Part shown: one piece after another, positions 18,298 through 33,705 of the stretch
How the letters are laid out: every line of letters starts with the position of its first letter
Position numbering within the stretch: the stretch's first letter is position 1
Assembly (NCBI RefSeq): GCF_044647545.1
Contig: NZ_CP172818.1
Reading direction: 5' to 3' (one strand)
DNA from: Escherichia coli
GTDB taxonomy: Bacteria > Pseudomonadota > Gammaproteobacteria > Enterobacterales > Enterobacteriaceae
DNA: 64,000 nucleotides
Notes under the pieces: model-generated
Seen by the model: only the letters and a program-made list of their open reading frames with translations
What the model was told of the DNA's origin: nothing
Databases searched by the model: none
Position numbers and translations under genes: made by a program

Positions 18298-18795
18298 ATG
18301 GCTTTAAATCTTCAAGACAAACAAGCGATTGTTGCTGAAGTCAGCGAAGTAGCCAAAGGCGCGCTGTCTGCAGTAGTTGCGGATTCCCGTGGCGTAACTG
18401 TAGATAAAATGACTGAACTGCGTAAAGCAGGTCGCGAAGCTGGCGTATACATGCGTGTTGTTCGTAACACCCTGCTGCGCCGTGCTGTTGAAGGTACTCC
18501 GTTCGAGTGCCTGAAAGACGCGTTTGTTGGTCCGACCCTGATTGCATACTCTATGGAACACCCGGGCGCTGCTGCTCGTCTGTTCAAAGAGTTCGCGAAA
18601 GCGAATGCAAAATTTGAGGTCAAAGCCGCTGCCTTTGAAGGTGAGCTGATCCCGGCGTCTCAGATCGACCGCCTGGCAACTCTGCCGACCTACGAAGAAG
18701 CAATTGCACGCCTGATGGCAACCATGAAAGAAGCTTCGGCTGGCAAACTGGTTCGTACTCTGGCTGCTGTACGCGATGCGAAAGAAGCTGCTTAA
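18298..18795 (+). CDS. rplJ: 50S ribosomal protein L10, 165 aa
   Basis: ORF track. Confidence 0.97.
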
Positions 18796-18861
18796 TCGCA
18801 GTTATCTTTTTAACGCATTCGCTTACGTATAAACTTATTCTGATATTCAGGAACAATTTAA

Positions 18862-19227
<366 letters not shown>

Positions 19228-19245
19228 GCCAACCCTTCCGGTTGC

Positions 19246-19298
19246 AGCCTGAGAAATCAGGCTGATGGCTGGTGACTTTTTAGTCACCAGCCTTTTTG
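19246..19298 (+). terminator. rplL-rpoB intercistronic attenuator (partial terminator)
   Basis: Two hairpins CAGCCTGA-GAAA-TCAGGCTG and GGCTGGTGAC-TTTTTA-GTCACCAGCC followed by TTTTTG. Confidence 0.8.
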
Positions 19299-19546
19299 CG
19301 CTGTAAGGCGCCAGTAGCGTTTCACACTGTTTGACTACTGCTGTGCCTTTCAATGCTTGTTTCTATCGACGACTTAATATACTGCGACAGGACGTCCGTT
19401 CTGTGTAAATCGCAATGAAATGGTTTAAGCGTGATAGCAACAGGCATTGCGGAAAGTGTTCCATTTTCCGGTCAACAAAATAGTGTTGCACAAACTGTCC
19501 GCTCAATGGACAGATGGGTCGACTTGTCAGCGAGCTGAGGAACCCT

Positions 19547-22500
19547 ATGGTTTACTCCTATACCGAGAAAAAACGTATTCGTAAGGATTTTGGTAAACGT
19601 CCACAAGTTCTGGATGTACCTTATCTCCTTTCTATCCAGCTTGACTCGTTTCAGAAATTTATCGAGCAAGATCCTGAAGGGCAGTATGGTCTGGAAGCTG
19701 CTTTCCGTTCCGTATTCCCGATTCAGAGCTACAGCGGTAATTCCGAGCTGCAATACGTCAGCTACCGCCTTGGCGAACCGGTGTTTGACGTCCAGGAATG
19801 TCAAATCCGTGGCGTGACCTATTCCGCACCGCTGCGCGTTAAACTGCGTCTGGTGATCTATGAGCGCGAAGCGCCGGAAGGCACCGTAAAAGACATTAAA
19901 GAACAAGAAGTCTACATGGGCGAAATTCCGCTCATGACAGACAACGGTACCTTTGTTATCAACGGTACTGAGCGTGTTATCGTTTCCCAGCTGCACCGTA
20001 GTCCGGGCGTCTTCTTTGACTCCGACAAAGGTAAAACCCACTCTTCGGGTAAAGTGCTGTATAACGCGCGCATTATCCCTTACCGTGGTTCCTGGCTGGA
20101 CTTCGAATTCGATCCGAAGGACAACCTGTTCGTACGTATCGACCGTCGCCGTAAACTGCCTGCGACCATCATTCTGCGCGCCCTGAACTACACCACAGAG
20201 CAGATCCTCGACCTGTTCTTTGAAAAAGTTATCTTTGAAATCCGTGATAACAAGCTGCAGATGGAACTGGTGCCGGAACGCCTGCGTGGTGAAACCGCAT
20301 CTTTTGACATCGAAGCTAACGGTAAAGTGTACGTAGAAAAAGGCCGCCGTATCACTGCGCGCCACATTCGCCAGCTGGAAAAAGACGACGTCAAACTGAT
20401 CGAAGTCCCGGTTGAGTACATCGCAGGTAAAGTGGTTGCTAAAGACTATATTGATGAGTCTACCGGCGAGCTGATCTGCGCAGCGAACATGGAGCTGAGC
20501 CTGGATCTGCTGGCTAAGCTGAGCCAGTCTGGTCACAAGCGTATCGAAACGCTGTTCACCAACGATCTGGATCACGGCCCATATATCTCTGAAACCTTAC
20601 GTGTCGACCCAACTAACGACCGTCTGAGCGCACTGGTAGAAATCTACCGTATGATGCGCCCTGGCGAGCCGCCGACTCGTGAAGCAGCTGAAAGCCTGTT
20701 CGAGAACCTGTTCTTCTCCGAAGACCGTTATGACTTGTCTGCGGTTGGTCGTATGAAGTTCAACCGTTCTCTGCTGCGCGAAGAAATCGAAGGTTCCGGT
20801 ATCCTGAGCAAAGACGACATCATTGATGTTATGAAAAAGCTCATTGATATCCGTAACGGTAAAGGCGAAGTCGATGATATCGACCACCTCGGCAACCGTC
20901 GTATCCGTTCCGTTGGCGAAATGGCGGAAAACCAGTTCCGCGTTGGCCTGGTACGTGTAGAGCGTGCGGTGAAAGAGCGTCTGTCTCTGGGCGATCTGGA
21001 TACCCTGATGCCTCAGGATATGATCAACGCCAAGCCGATTTCTGCAGCAGTGAAAGAGTTCTTCGGTTCCAGCCAGCTGTCTCAGTTTATGGACCAGAAC
21101 AACCCGCTGTCTGAGATTACGCACAAACGTCGTATCTCCGCACTCGGCCCAGGTGGTCTGACCCGTGAACGTGCAGGCTTCGAAGTTCGAGACGTACACC
21201 CGACTCACTACGGTCGCGTATGTCCAATCGAAACCCCTGAAGGTCCGAACATCGGTCTGATCAACTCTCTGTCCGTGTACGCACAGACTAACGAATACGG
21301 CTTCCTTGAGACTCCGTATCGTAAAGTGACCGACGGTGTTGTAACTGACGAAATTCACTACCTGTCTGCTATCGAAGAAGGCAACTACGTTATCGCCCAG
21401 GCGAACTCCAACCTGGATGAAGAAGGCCACTTCGTAGAAGACCTGGTAACTTGCCGTAGCAAAGGCGAATCCAGCTTGTTCAGCCGCGACCAGGTTGACT
21501 ACATGGACGTATCCACCCAGCAGGTGGTATCCGTCGGTGCGTCCCTGATCCCGTTCCTGGAACACGATGACGCCAACCGTGCATTGATGGGTGCGAACAT
21601 GCAACGTCAGGCCGTTCCGACTCTGCGTGCTGATAAGCCGCTGGTTGGTACGGGTATGGAACGTGCTGTTGCCGTTGACTCCGGTGTAACTGCGGTTGCT
21701 AAACGTGGTGGTGTCGTTCAGTACGTGGATGCTTCCCGTATCGTTATCAAAGTTAACGAAGATGAGATGTATCCGGGTGAAGCAGGTATCGACATCTACA
21801 ACCTGACCAAGTACACCCGTTCTAACCAGAACACCTGTATCAACCAGATGCCGTGTGTGTCTCTGGGTGAACCGGTTGAACGTGGCGACGTGCTGGCAGA
21901 CGGTCCGTCCACCGACCTCGGTGAACTGGCGCTTGGTCAGAACATGCGCGTAGCGTTCATGCCGTGGAATGGTTACAACTTCGAAGACTCCATCCTCGTA
22001 TCCGAGCGTGTTGTTCAGGAAGACCGTTTCACCACCATCCACATTCAGGAACTGGCGTGTGTGTCCCGTGACACCAAGCTGGGGCCGGAAGAGATCACCG
22101 CTGACATCCCGAACGTGGGTGAAGCTGCTCTCTCCAAACTGGATGAATCCGGTATCGTTTACATTGGTGCGGAAGTGACCGGTGGCGACATTCTGGTTGG
22201 TAAGGTAACGCCGAAAGGTGAAACTCAGCTGACCCCAGAAGAAAAACTGCTGCGTGCGATCTTCGGTGAGAAAGCGTCTGACGTTAAAGACTCTTCTCTG
22301 CGCGTACCAAACGGTGTATCCGGTACGGTTATCGACGTTCAGGTCTTTACTCGCGATGGCGTAGAAAAAGACAAACGTGCGCTGGAAATCGAAGAAATGC
22401 AGCTCAAACAGGCGAAGAAAGACCTGTCTGAAGAACTGCAAATCCTCGAAGCGGGTCTGTTCAGCCGTATCCGTGCTGTGCTGGTAGCTGGTGGCGTTGA

Positions 22501-23575
22501 AGCTGAGAAGCTCGACAAACTGCCGCGCGATCGCTGGCTGGAGCTGGGCCTGACCGACGAAGAGAAACAAAATCAGCTGGAACAGCTGGCTGAGCAGTAT
22601 GACGAACTGAAACACGAGTTCGAGAAGAAACTCGAAGCGAAACGCCGCAAAATCACCCAGGGCGACGATCTGGCACCGGGCGTGCTGAAGATTGTTAAGG
22701 TATATCTGGCGGTTAAACGCCGTATCCAGCCTGGTGACAAGATGGCAGGTCGTCATGGTAACAAGGGTGTAATTTCTAAGATCAACCCGATCGAAGATAT
22801 GCCTTACGATGAAAACGGTACGCCGGTAGACATCGTACTGAACCCGCTGGGCGTACCGTCTCGTATGAACATTGGTCAGATCCTCGAAACCCACCTGGGT
22901 ATGGCTGCGAAAGGTATCGGCGACAAGATCAACGCCATGCTGAAACAGCAGCAAGAAGTCGCGAAACTGCGCGAATTCATCCAGCGTGCGTACGATCTGG
23001 GCGCTGATGTTCGTCAGAAAGTTGACCTGAGTACCTTCAGCGATGAAGAAGTTATGCGTCTGGCTGAAAACCTGCGCAAAGGTATGCCAATCGCAACGCC
23101 GGTGTTCGACGGTGCGAAAGAAGCAGAAATTAAAGAGCTGCTGAAACTTGGCGACCTGCCGACTTCTGGTCAGATCCGCCTGTACGACGGTCGCACTGGT
23201 GAACAGTTCGAGCGTCCGGTAACCGTTGGTTACATGTACATGCTGAAACTGAACCACCTGGTCGACGACAAGATGCACGCGCGTTCCACCGGTTCTTACA
23301 GCCTGGTTACTCAGCAGCCGCTGGGTGGTAAGGCACAGTTCGGTGGTCAGCGTTTCGGGGAGATGGAAGTGTGGGCGCTGGAAGCATACGGCGCAGCATA
23401 CACCCTGCAGGAAATGCTCACCGTTAAGTCTGATGACGTGAACGGTCGTACTAAGATGTATAAAAACATCGTGGACGGCAACCATCAGATGGAGCCGGGC
23501 ATGCCAGAATCCTTCAACGTATTGTTGAAAGAGATTCGTTCGCTGGGTATCAACATCGAACTGGAAGACGAGTAA
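19547..23575 (+). CDS. rpoB: DNA-directed RNA polymerase beta subunit RpoB, 1342 aa
   Basis: ORF track 19514..23575; start set at ATG 19547 ([16 protein letters not shown]...). Confidence 0.97.
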
Positions 23576-23651
23576 TTCTCGCTCAAACAGGTCACTGCTG
23601 TCGGGGTAAAACCCGGCAGCGGATTGTGCTAACTCCGACGGGAGCAAATCC

Positions 23652-26600
23652 GTGAAAGATTTATTAAAGTTTCTGAAAGCGCAGACTAAAACCGAAGAGT
23701 TTGATGCGATCAAAATTGCTCTGGCTTCGCCAGACATGATCCGTTCATGGTCTTTCGGTGAAGTTAAAAAGCCGGAAACCATCAACTACCGTACGTTCAA
23801 ACCAGAACGTGACGGCCTTTTCTGCGCCCGTATCTTTGGGCCGGTAAAAGATTACGAGTGCCTGTGCGGTAAGTACAAGCGCCTGAAACACCGTGGCGTC
23901 ATCTGTGAGAAGTGCGGCGTTGAAGTGACCCAGACTAAAGTACGCCGTGAGCGTATGGGCCACATCGAACTGGCTTCCCCGACTGCGCACATCTGGTTCC
24001 TGAAATCGCTGCCGTCCCGTATCGGCCTGCTGCTCGATATGCCGCTGCGCGATATCGAACGCGTACTGTACTTCGAATCCTATGTGGTTATCGAAGGCGG
24101 TATGACCAACCTGGAACGTCAGCAGATCCTGACTGAAGAGCAGTATCTGGACGCGCTGGAAGAGTTCGGTGACGAATTCGACGCGAAGATGGGTGCGGAA
24201 GCAATCCAGGCTCTACTGAAGAGCATGGATCTGGAGCAAGAGTGCGAACAGCTGCGTGAAGAGCTGAACGAAACCAACTCCGAAACCAAGCGTAAAAAGC
24301 TGACCAAGCGTATCAAACTGCTGGAAGCGTTCGTTCAGTCTGGTAACAAACCAGAGTGGATGATCCTGACCGTTCTGCCGGTACTGCCGCCAGATCTGCG
24401 TCCGCTGGTTCCGCTGGATGGTGGTCGTTTCGCGACTTCTGACCTGAACGATCTGTATCGTCGCGTCATTAACCGTAACAACCGTCTGAAACGTCTGCTG
24501 GATCTGGCTGCGCCGGACATCATCGTACGTAACGAAAAACGTATGCTGCAGGAAGCGGTAGACGCCCTGCTGGATAACGGTCGTCGCGGTCGTGCAATCA
24601 CCGGTTCTAACAAGCGTCCTCTGAAATCTTTGGCCGACATGATCAAAGGTAAACAGGGTCGTTTCCGTCAGAACCTGCTCGGTAAGCGTGTTGACTACTC
24701 CGGTCGTTCTGTAATCACCGTAGGTCCATACCTGCGTCTGCATCAGTGCGGTCTGCCGAAGAAAATGGCGCTGGAGCTGTTCAAACCGTTCATCTACGGC
24801 AAGCTGGAACTGCGTGGTCTTGCTACCACCATCAAAGCTGCGAAGAAAATGGTTGAGCGCGAAGAAGCTGTCGTTTGGGATATCCTGGACGAAGTTATCC
24901 GCGAACACCCGGTACTGCTGAACCGTGCACCGACTCTGCACCGTCTGGGTATCCAGGCATTTGAACCGGTACTGATCGAAGGTAAAGCTATCCAGCTGCA
25001 CCCGCTGGTTTGTGCGGCATATAACGCCGACTTCGATGGTGACCAGATGGCTGTTCACGTACCGCTGACGCTGGAAGCCCAGCTCGAAGCGCGTGCGCTG
25101 ATGATGTCTACCAACAACATCCTGTCCCCGGCGAACGGCGAACCAATCATCGTTCCGTCTCAGGACGTTGTACTGGGTCTGTACTACATGACCCGCGACT
25201 GTGTTAACGCCAAAGGCGAAGGCATGGTGCTGACTGGCCCGAAAGAAGCAGAACGTCTGTATCGCTCTGGTCTGGCTTCTCTGCATGCGCGCGTTAAAGT
25301 GCGTATCACCGAGTATGAAAAAGATGCTAACGGTGAATTAGTGGCGAAAACCAGCCTGAAAGACACGACTGTTGGCCGTGCCATTCTGTGGATGATTGTA
25401 CCGAAAGGTCTGCCTTACACCATCGTCAACCAGGCGCTGGGTAAAAAAGCAATCTCCAAAATGCTGAACACCTGCTACCGCATTCTCGGTCTGAAACCGA
25501 CCGTTATTTTTGCGGACCAGATCATGTATACCGGCTTTGCATATGCAGCGCGTTCTGGTGCATCTGTTGGTATCGATGACATGGTCATCCCGGAGAAGAA
25601 ACACGAAATCATCTCCGAGGCAGAAGCAGAAGTTGCTGAAATTCAGGAGCAGTTCCAGTCTGGTCTGGTAACTGCGGGCGAACGCTACAACAAAGTTATC
25701 GATATCTGGGCTGCGGCGAACGATCGTGTATCCAAAGCGATGATGGATAACCTGCAAACTGAAACCGTTATTAACCGTGACGGTCAGGAAGAGAAGCAGG
25801 TTTCCTTCAACAGCATCTACATGATGGCCGACTCCGGTGCGCGTGGTTCTGCGGCACAGATTCGTCAGCTTGCTGGTATGCGTGGTCTGATGGCGAAGCC
25901 GGATGGCTCCATCATCGAAACGCCAATCACCGCGAACTTCCGTGAAGGTCTGAACGTACTCCAGTACTTCATCTCCACCCACGGTGCTCGTAAAGGTCTG
26001 GCGGATACCGCACTGAAAACTGCGAACTCCGGTTACCTGACTCGTCGTCTGGTTGACGTGGCGCAGGACCTGGTGGTTACCGAAGACGATTGTGGTACCC
26101 ATGAAGGTATCATGATGACTCCGGTTATCGAAGGTGGTGACGTTAAAGAGCCGCTGCGCGATCGCGTACTGGGTCGTGTAACTGCTGAAGACGTTCTGAA
26201 GCCGGGTACTGCTGATATCCTCGTTCCGCGCAACACGCTGCTGCACGAACAGTGGTGTGACCTGCTGGAAGAGAACTCTGTCGACGCGGTTAAAGTACGT
26301 TCTGTTGTATCTTGTGACACCGACTTTGGTGTATGTGCGCACTGCTACGGTCGTGACCTGGCGCGTGGCCACCTCATCAACAAAGGTGAAGCAATCGGTG
26401 TTATCGCGGCACAGTCCATCGGTGAACCGGGTACACAGCTGACCATGCGTACGTTCCACATCGGTGGTGCGGCATCTCGTGCGGCTGCTGAATCCAGCAT
26501 CCAGGTGAAAAACAAAGGTAGCATCAAGCTCAGCAACGTGAAGTCGGTTGTGAACTCCAGCGGTAAACTGGTTATCACTTCCCGTAACACCGAACTGAAA

Positions 26601-27875
26601 CTGATCGACGAATTCGGTCGTACCAAAGAAAGCTACAAAGTACCTTACGGTGCGGTACTGGCGAAAGGCGATGGCGAACAGGTTGCTGGCGGCGAAACCG
26701 TTGCAAACTGGGACCCGCACACCATGCCGGTTATCACCGAAGTAAGCGGTTTTGTACGCTTTACTGACATGATCGACGGCCAGACCATTACTCGTCAGAC
26801 CGACGAATTGACCGGTCTGTCTTCGCTGGTGGTTCTGGATTCCGCAGAACGTACCGCAGGTGGTAAAGATCTGCGTCCGGCACTGAAAATCGTTGATGCT
26901 CAGGGTAACGACGTTCTGATCCCGGGTACCGATATGCCTGCGCAGTACTTCCTGCCGGGTAAAGCGATTGTTCAGCTGGAAGATGGCGTACAGATCAGCT
27001 CTGGTGACACCCTGGCGCGTATTCCGCAGGAATCCGGCGGTACCAAGGACATCACCGGTGGTCTGCCGCGCGTTGCGGACCTGTTCGAAGCACGTCGTCC
27101 GAAAGAGCCGGCAATCCTGGCTGAAATCAGCGGTATCGTTTCCTTCGGTAAAGAAACCAAAGGTAAACGTCGTCTGGTTATCACCCCGGTAGACGGTAGC
27201 GATCCGTACGAAGAGATGATTCCGAAATGGCGTCAGCTCAACGTGTTCGAAGGTGAACGTGTAGAACGTGGTGACGTAATTTCCGACGGTCCGGAAGCGC
27301 CGCACGACATTCTGCGTCTGCGTGGTGTTCATGCTGTTACTCGTTACATCGTTAACGAAGTACAGGACGTATACCGTCTGCAGGGCGTTAAGATTAACGA
27401 TAAACACATCGAAGTTATCGTTCGTCAGATGCTGCGTAAAGCTACCATCGTTAATGCGGGCAGCTCCGACTTCCTGGAAGGCGAACAGGTTGAATACTCT
27501 CGCGTCAAGATCGCAAACCGCGAACTGGAAGCGAACGGCAAAGTGGGTGCAACTTACTCCCGCGATCTGCTGGGTATCACCAAAGCGTCTCTGGCAACCG
27601 AGTCCTTCATCTCCGCGGCATCGTTCCAGGAGACCACTCGCGTGCTGACCGAAGCAGCCGTTGCGGGCAAACGCGACGAATTGCGCGGCCTGAAAGAGAA
27701 CGTTATCGTGGGTCGTCTGATCCCGGCAGGTACCGGTTACGCGTACCACCAGGATCGTATGCGTCGCCGTGCTGCGGGTGAAGCTCCGGCTGCACCGCAG
27801 GTGACTGCAGAAGACGCATCTGCCAGCCTGGCAGAACTGCTGAACGCAGGTCTGGGCGGTTCTGATAACGAGTAA
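23652..27875 (+). CDS. rpoC: DNA-directed RNA polymerase beta' subunit RpoC, 1407 aa
   Basis: ORF track; NADFDGD catalytic motif present. Confidence 0.97.
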   Translation: MKDLLKFLKAQTKTEEFDAIKIALASPDMIRSWSFGEVKKPETINYRTFKPERDGLFCARIFGPVKDYECLCGKYKRLKHRGVICEKCGVEVTQTKVRRERMGHIELASPTAHIWFLKSLPSRIGLLLDMPLRDIERVLYFESYVVIEGGMTNLERQQILTEEQYLDALEEFGDEFDAKMGAEAIQALLKSMDLEQECEQLREELNETNSETKRKKLTKRIKLLEAFVQSGNKPEWMILTVLPVLPPDLRPLVPLDGGRFATSDLNDLYRRVINRNNRLKRLLDLAAPDIIVRNEKRMLQEAVDALLDNGRRGRAITGSNKRPLKSLADMIKGKQGRFRQNLLGKRVDYSGRSVITVGPYLRLHQCGLPKKMALELFKPFIYGKLELRGLATTIKAAKKMVEREEAVVWDILDEVIREHPVLLNRAPTLHRLGIQAFEPVLIEGKAIQLHPLVCAAYNADFDGDQMAVHVPLTLEAQLEARALMMSTNNILSPANGEPIIVPSQDVVLGLYYMTRDCVNAKGEGMVLTGPKEAERLYRSGLASLHARVKVRITEYEKDANGELVAKTSLKDTTVGRAILWMIVPKGLPYTIVNQALGKKAISKMLNTCYRILGLKPTVIFADQIMYTGFAYAARSGASVGIDDMVIPEKKHEIISEAEAEVAEIQEQFQSGLVTAGERYNKVIDIWAAANDRVSKAMMDNLQTETVINRDGQEEKQVSFNSIYMMADSGARGSAAQIRQLAGMRGLMAKPDGSIIETPITANFREGLNVLQYFISTHGARKGLADTALKTANSGYLTRRLVDVAQDLVVTEDDCGTHEGIMMTPVIEGGDVKEPLRDRVLGRVTAEDVLKPGTADILVPRNTLLHEQWCDLLEENSVDAVKVRSVVSCDTDFGVCAHCYGRDLARGHLINKGEAIGVIAAQSIGEPGTQLTMRTFHIGGAASRAAAESSIQVKNKGSIKLSNVKSVVNSSGKLVITSRNTELKLIDEFGRTKESYKVPYGAVLAKGDGEQVAGGETVANWDPHTMPVITEVSGFVRFTDMIDGQTITRQTDELTGLSSLVVLDSAERTAGGKDLRPALKIVDAQGNDVLIPGTDMPAQYFLPGKAIVQLEDGVQISSGDTLARIPQESGGTKDITGGLPRVADLFEARRPKEPAILAEISGIVSFGKETKGKRRLVITPVDGSDPYEEMIPKWRQLNVFEGERVERGDVISDGPEAPHDILRLRGVHAVTRYIVNEVQDVYRLQGVKINDKHIEVIVRQMLRKATIVNAGSSDFLEGEQVEYSRVKIANRELEANGKVGATYSRDLLGITKASLATESFISAASFQETTRVLTEAAVAGKRDELRGLKENVIVGRLIPAGTGYAYHQDRMRRRAAGEAPAAPQVTAEDASASLAELLNAGLGGSDNE

Positions 27876-27896
27876 TCGTTAATCCGCAAATAACGT

Positions 27897-27922
27897 AAAA
27901 ACCCGCTTCGGCGGTTTTTTTA
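27897..27922 (+). terminator. rpoC intrinsic terminator
   Basis: AAAAACCCGC-TTCG-GCGGTTTTTTT. Confidence 0.8.
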
Positions 27923-28108
27923 AACAAATCCAGACTTTGCTTCACGGGAAATATTAAGAAAGGCAGGGCGAAACGAGGAAGAAGCTTTTCGCCCTGGACA
28001 ACATTCCTGCTGACGGCACTACCATAAAAAAACACAACGCTTTCAACAACCTTGCGTTTTTCATCTTCCGTAGCGGCTCGGAATAAATTTACGTTGTTAC
28101 ATTCTGTT

Positions 28109-29242
28109 TCATGGCCTTTGCGAGGCGCGTCCCAGATAGCTGTCCCAGTCTTTCCATACCGGCTGCAAACCCTGAGCAGTTAACGCGGCAGCAACCGCTT
28201 CCGGTCTGCGATCGTCGTGCGGTGAGAACTGTTCCAGCTCGGGGTGATTGTCGGCATAGCCACCTGGCTGCGTTTTCGAAAAAGCGCTGACGTTATTAAT
28301 TGCCAGCGGAATCACGCGATCGCGAAACCACGGTGATTCCCGCGTGGAGAGTGACAGTTCAATCTCCGGTGCAAGCAGTCGGAAGGCGCAGATGGTTTGC
28401 ACTAACTGGCGTTCATCCATAATCGACGCAGGCTCAATGCCGCCAGTACATGGACGCAGGCGTGGGAAGGAGACAGAGTAGCGGCTTTGCCAGTAATGCT
28501 GTTGCAGCCATAGCAAATGTTCTGCAACCATATAGCAGTCAACGCGCCAGCTGTCGGAAAGGCCAATTAGCGCGCCGAGGCCTATCTTATCAATCCCCGC
28601 ACGGCCCAGCCGATCCGGCGTTTCCAGCCGCCAGAAGAAGTCCTGTTTTTTGCCTTTCAGATGATGGCGGGCATAAGTCGCCTCGTGATATGTCTCCTGA
28701 TAAACCATCACGCCATCGAGACCCAGCTGTTTTAGCTCGGCATATTCCGCCTCCGCCAGCGGTTGCACTTCCATCTGTAGTGAAGAGAACTGTTCACGCA
28801 GGGCAGGGAGATGACGACGAAAGTAATCCATCCCCACTTTCGCCTGATGTTCACCAGTGACTAAAAGCAGATGTTCAAAGCCCATCTCCCGTATAGCGGC
28901 GCTTTCCCTGGCAATATCCGCTTCATCCAGTGTTTTGCGCTTGATGCGATTGCTCATGGAAAATCCGCAGTACGTGCAGTCGTTAGCGCAAAGATTGGAA
29001 AGATAAAGCGGGACGTAGAAACTAACTGTGTTGCCAAATCGCTGACGGGTCAGACGCTGCGCTCGCTGGGCCAGTGGTTCCAGATAGCCACTGGCGGCGG
29101 GTGATAGCAATGCCATCATGTCGTCGCGGGTGAGTTGCGAGGCATTTAGCGCCCGCTCTACGTCAGCAGCCGTTTTGCCGTTGATACGCAGGCGGATGTC
29201 GTCCCAGTCCAGTTGTCGCCAGCGATCGCTGAAGGTTTTCAT
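28109..29242 (-). CDS. thiH: 2-iminoacetate synthase ThiH (radical SAM), 377 aa
   Basis: ORF track; CxxxCxxC radical-SAM cysteine cluster (CANDCTYC). Confidence 0.95.
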   Translation of the reverse strand: MKTFSDRWRQLDWDDIRLRINGKTAADVERALNASQLTRDDMMALLSPAASGYLEPLAQRAQRLTRQRFGNTVSFYVPLYLSNLCANDCTYCGFSMSNRIKRKTLDEADIARESAAIREMGFEHLLLVTGEHQAKVGMDYFRRHLPALREQFSSLQMEVQPLAEAEYAELKQLGLDGVMVYQETYHEATYARHHLKGKKQDFFWRLETPDRLGRAGIDKIGLGALIGLSDSWRVDCYMVAEHLLWLQQHYWQSRYSVSFPRLRPCTGGIEPASIMDERQLVQTICAFRLLAPEIELSLSTRESPWFRDRVIPLAINNVSAFSKTQPGGYADNHPELEQFSPHDDRRPEAVAAALTAQGLQPVWKDWDSYLGRASQRP

Positions 29243-30009
29243 GCAGATGCCTCCAGAAATCCAGTCAGCGGGCTGGTGGCATGAGCAAAATGACTGCGGC
29301 TGCCCGGTCCGGACTGACGTGCCAGCAGGCCTGCTTCTACCGCCAGACGAAATGCCTTCGCCATGTTGACGGGATCGTCCGCGACGGCAATCGCCGTATT
29401 CACTAACACCGCGTCGGCCCCCATTTCCAGCGCCTGCGCGGCATGGCTGGGAACGCCGATGCCAGCATCGACAACCACCGGAACCGTGGCCTGCTGGATA
29501 ATAATCTCCAGCATGGCGCGGGTTTCCAGTCCCTGATTCGAGCCAATCGGCGCGCCGAGCGGCATCACCGCTGCACAGCCGACTTCTTCCAGACGTTTAC
29601 ACAATACCGGATCGGCCCCGCAGTAAGGCAGCACGACAAATCCCTGTTGTACCAGCGTTTCGGCGGCTTTCAGGGTTTCGATGGGATCGGGCAACAGCCA
29701 GCGGGCGTCAGGGTGAATCTCCAATTTTAGCCAGTTTGCGCCTAACGCTTCACGTGCCAGATGGGCAGCAAAGATCGCTTCTTCCGCAGTTTTCGCTCCG
29801 GAAGTATTCGGCAGCAGTGTTACACCCGCCGCGATAAGTGGTTCGAGGATAGCGTCGTTGTGCTGGCGCAAGTCGACACGTTTCATCGCCAGCGTCACCA
29901 GTTGGCTGCCGGAAGCGCGAATAGACTCCACCATCAGTTGTGAAGAGGCGAATTTTCCGGTGCCAGTAAACAGATGTGAATCAAACGTTTTGTCCGCAAT
30001 ATGTAACAT
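29239..30009 (-). CDS. thiG: Thiazole synthase ThiG, 256 aa
   Basis: ORF track 29239..30267; start set at ATG 30009 ([20 protein letters not shown]...). Confidence 0.93.
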   Translation of the reverse strand: MLHIADKTFDSHLFTGTGKFASSQLMVESIRASGSQLVTLAMKRVDLRQHNDAILEPLIAAGVTLLPNTSGAKTAEEAIFAAHLAREALGANWLKLEIHPDARWLLPDPIETLKAAETLVQQGFVVLPYCGADPVLCKRLEEVGCAAVMPLGAPIGSNQGLETRAMLEIIIQQATVPVVVDAGIGVPSHAAQALEMGADAVLVNTAIAVADDPVNMAKAFRLAVEAGLLARQSGPGSRSHFAHATSPLTGFLEASA

Positions 30010-30010
30010 C

Positions 30011-30211
30011 TCAACCCCCTGCAATAACCTGAAAAAGCAGGATCTGGTCGCCATCCTGCACGATATGTTGCGCCCACTGCTCACGCGGGACGATTTGCTG
30101 ATTAATCGCCAGAGCCGCGCCCGCTTGTCGTTGGTCGAGTTGCTCCAGCAGTTCGTGAACCGTTTGCCCGGCGGCGCACTGCATCGGTTGATCGTTAAAC
30201 AGGATCTGCAT
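30011..30211 (-). CDS. thiS: Sulfur-carrier protein ThiS, 66 aa
   Basis: ORF track 30011..30238; start at ATG 30211 ([11 protein letters not shown]...), C-terminal GG. Confidence 0.92.
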   Translation of the reverse strand: MQILFNDQPMQCAAGQTVHELLEQLDQRQAGAALAINQQIVPREQWAQHIVQDGDQILLFQVIAGG

Positions 30212-30950
30212 TGCTTCCTCCGCATACCGGGCAACCACTGGCGCGGCGCAAAGCCAGGCTGCGCCACTGGCTCGACTTACCGTCGAACAGTCGGAGTTCT
30301 CCCGCAGGCGTCTCTATACCGCTTAATAACTTAATGGCTTCCAGGGCCTGCAAAGTGCCCATAACCCCGACCACCGGGCCAACCACGCCCGCCGTGCGGC
30401 AGTTGCGTTCAGGCTCCTGGTTATCTGGCCACAGGCAGCGGTAACACCCCTGCTCCCAGGGCGGCGTCAGTACCATCAACTGACCGCCAAATCCGACCGC
30501 GCTGGCGGTGATAAGCGGTGTGTTGAGTGCCACGCAGGCGGCATTAATCTCCTGGCGAGTCGCCATATTGTCGGTACAGTCGAGCACCACATCGGCTTGT
30601 GCAACCGCATCTTTTAACGTCTCACCCGTTAATCGTTGTTGTAATGCCATCAGTTGAATGTCGGGATTCAACTGTGTCAGTCGCTGATGGCTGACCTGTG
30701 ATTTCGGGCGATCGATATCTTCAGTGGTAAAGAGGATTTGTCGTTGCAGATTGCTTAAATGCACATCGTCGTCATCTGCCAGTACCAGCGTCCCGACGCC
30801 AGCCCCCGCCAGGTATAGCGCAGCAGGTGTACCCAGCCCGCCAAGACCAATAATCAGCACCTGGCTGTCGAGCAGTTTTTGCTGCCCGTCCAGAGCGATA
30901 TCGTCGAGCAGGATTTGGCGGCTATAACGCATAAAGTCACGGTCATTCAT
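30195..30950 (-). CDS. thiF: ThiS adenylyltransferase ThiF, 251 aa
   Basis: ORF track 30195..31043; start at ATG 30950 ([15 protein letters not shown]...), GxGxxG nucleotide loop. Confidence 0.93.
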   Translation of the reverse strand: MNDRDFMRYSRQILLDDIALDGQQKLLDSQVLIIGLGGLGTPAALYLAGAGVGTLVLADDDDVHLSNLQRQILFTTEDIDRPKSQVSHQRLTQLNPDIQLMALQQRLTGETLKDAVAQADVVLDCTDNMATRQEINAACVALNTPLITASAVGFGGQLMVLTPPWEQGCYRCLWPDNQEPERNCRTAGVVGPVVGVMGTLQALEAIKLLSGIETPAGELRLFDGKSSQWRSLALRRASGCPVCGGSNADPV

Positions 30951-31577
30951 CGCCAGCTCCTGCAATTTCCAGCAACTGTGCCGTTGCCAAACGCCAGTCT
31001 GCGGCTTGAGTAATGGCGCTGACGACGGCGATACTGCCGACACCCGTTGCTATCACCTCAGGCGCGCGCGCCAGACTGATACCGCCAATCGCCACGGTGG
31101 GATAATCCACCAGGCGCTCAACATGCCGTGCCAGCTGTTCCAGCCCCTGCGGTGCGGAAGGCATCTGTTTGGTTTGTGTCGGAAACACATGTCCCAGCGC
31201 GATATAAGAAGGATGTGCCGCCAGCGCGACGTCGATTTCCATATCATCATGTGTCGAAACGCCCAGTCGCAGACCTGCCGCGCGGATGGCGCTGAGATCG
31301 GTGGCTTGCAAATCTTCCTGCCCCAAATGGACGCCGTATGCTTGATGCTTGATCGCCAGCCGCCAGTAATCATTAATAAACAATCGCGCGTTATAGCGGC
31401 GGCCCAGCGCAATTGCCGCCACCACATCGGCTTCTACCTCTTCATCGCGCCGATCTTTGATGCGTAGCTGGAGAGTACGTACGCCTGCATCCAACAGACG
31501 TTCGATCCACTGTACGCTGTCAACCACCGGGTACAGCCCTAAACGAAAGGGTACAGGAGGAAACTCAGGCTGATACA

Positions 31578-31578
<1 letters not shown>
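30943..31578 (-). CDS. thiE: Thiamine-phosphate synthase ThiE, 211 aa
   Basis: ORF track 30943..31581 (GTG); ATG at 31578 preferred ([20 protein letters not shown]...). Confidence 0.93.
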
Positions 31579-33476
<1,898 letters not shown>

Positions 33477-33539
33477 TCATTCCAAAAAGTTAAGGACGTG
33501 GCTTGTCAGACGACGGATGAAGCAAGAGACGATCGCCGC

Positions 33540-33650
33540 AAAGGCGATGCGATAGCAGATTAACTCTTGTTCCCTTCGCAGGTATTAGCCTGATCAGGTT
33601 CCGCGGATCCCGAATAAACGGTCTCAGCCAGTTAAGGCACTCCGACAAGA
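33540..33650 (-). promoter_or_regulatory. TPP riboswitch (thi box) in thiC leader
   Basis: Reverse complement reads ...GGCTGAGACCG...GGGATCCGCGGAACCTGATCAGGCTAATACCTGCGAAGGGAACAAG..., the conserved THI-element core, ~100 nt upstream of thiC start. Confidence 0.8.
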
Positions 33651-33705
33651 AATTAGCCCCGCAAACGGGGCGTTGAATGTAAATTACGCGTTAACAGCGC
33701 AGAAC

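Noticed and set aside
21050-21150. Checked the RpoB rifampicin-resistance-determining cluster I for resistance substitutions
   Set aside because: Region reads ...[30 protein letters not shown]..., which matches the wild-type sequence as I recall it (Q513, D516, H526, S531 intact); no resistance allele evident.
20597-23785. 1062-aa ORF on the minus strand (plus 367-aa ORF 19472..20575) antisense to rpoB
   Set aside because: Entirely nested antisense to a highly conserved essential gene; long antisense ORFs are a codon-composition artefact of GC-rich, stop-poor frames; no independent start context or domains.
24213-27749. 357-aa and 803-aa minus-strand ORFs antisense to rpoC
   Set aside because: Same reasoning as for rpoB antisense ORFs; low-complexity, stop-free shadow frames.
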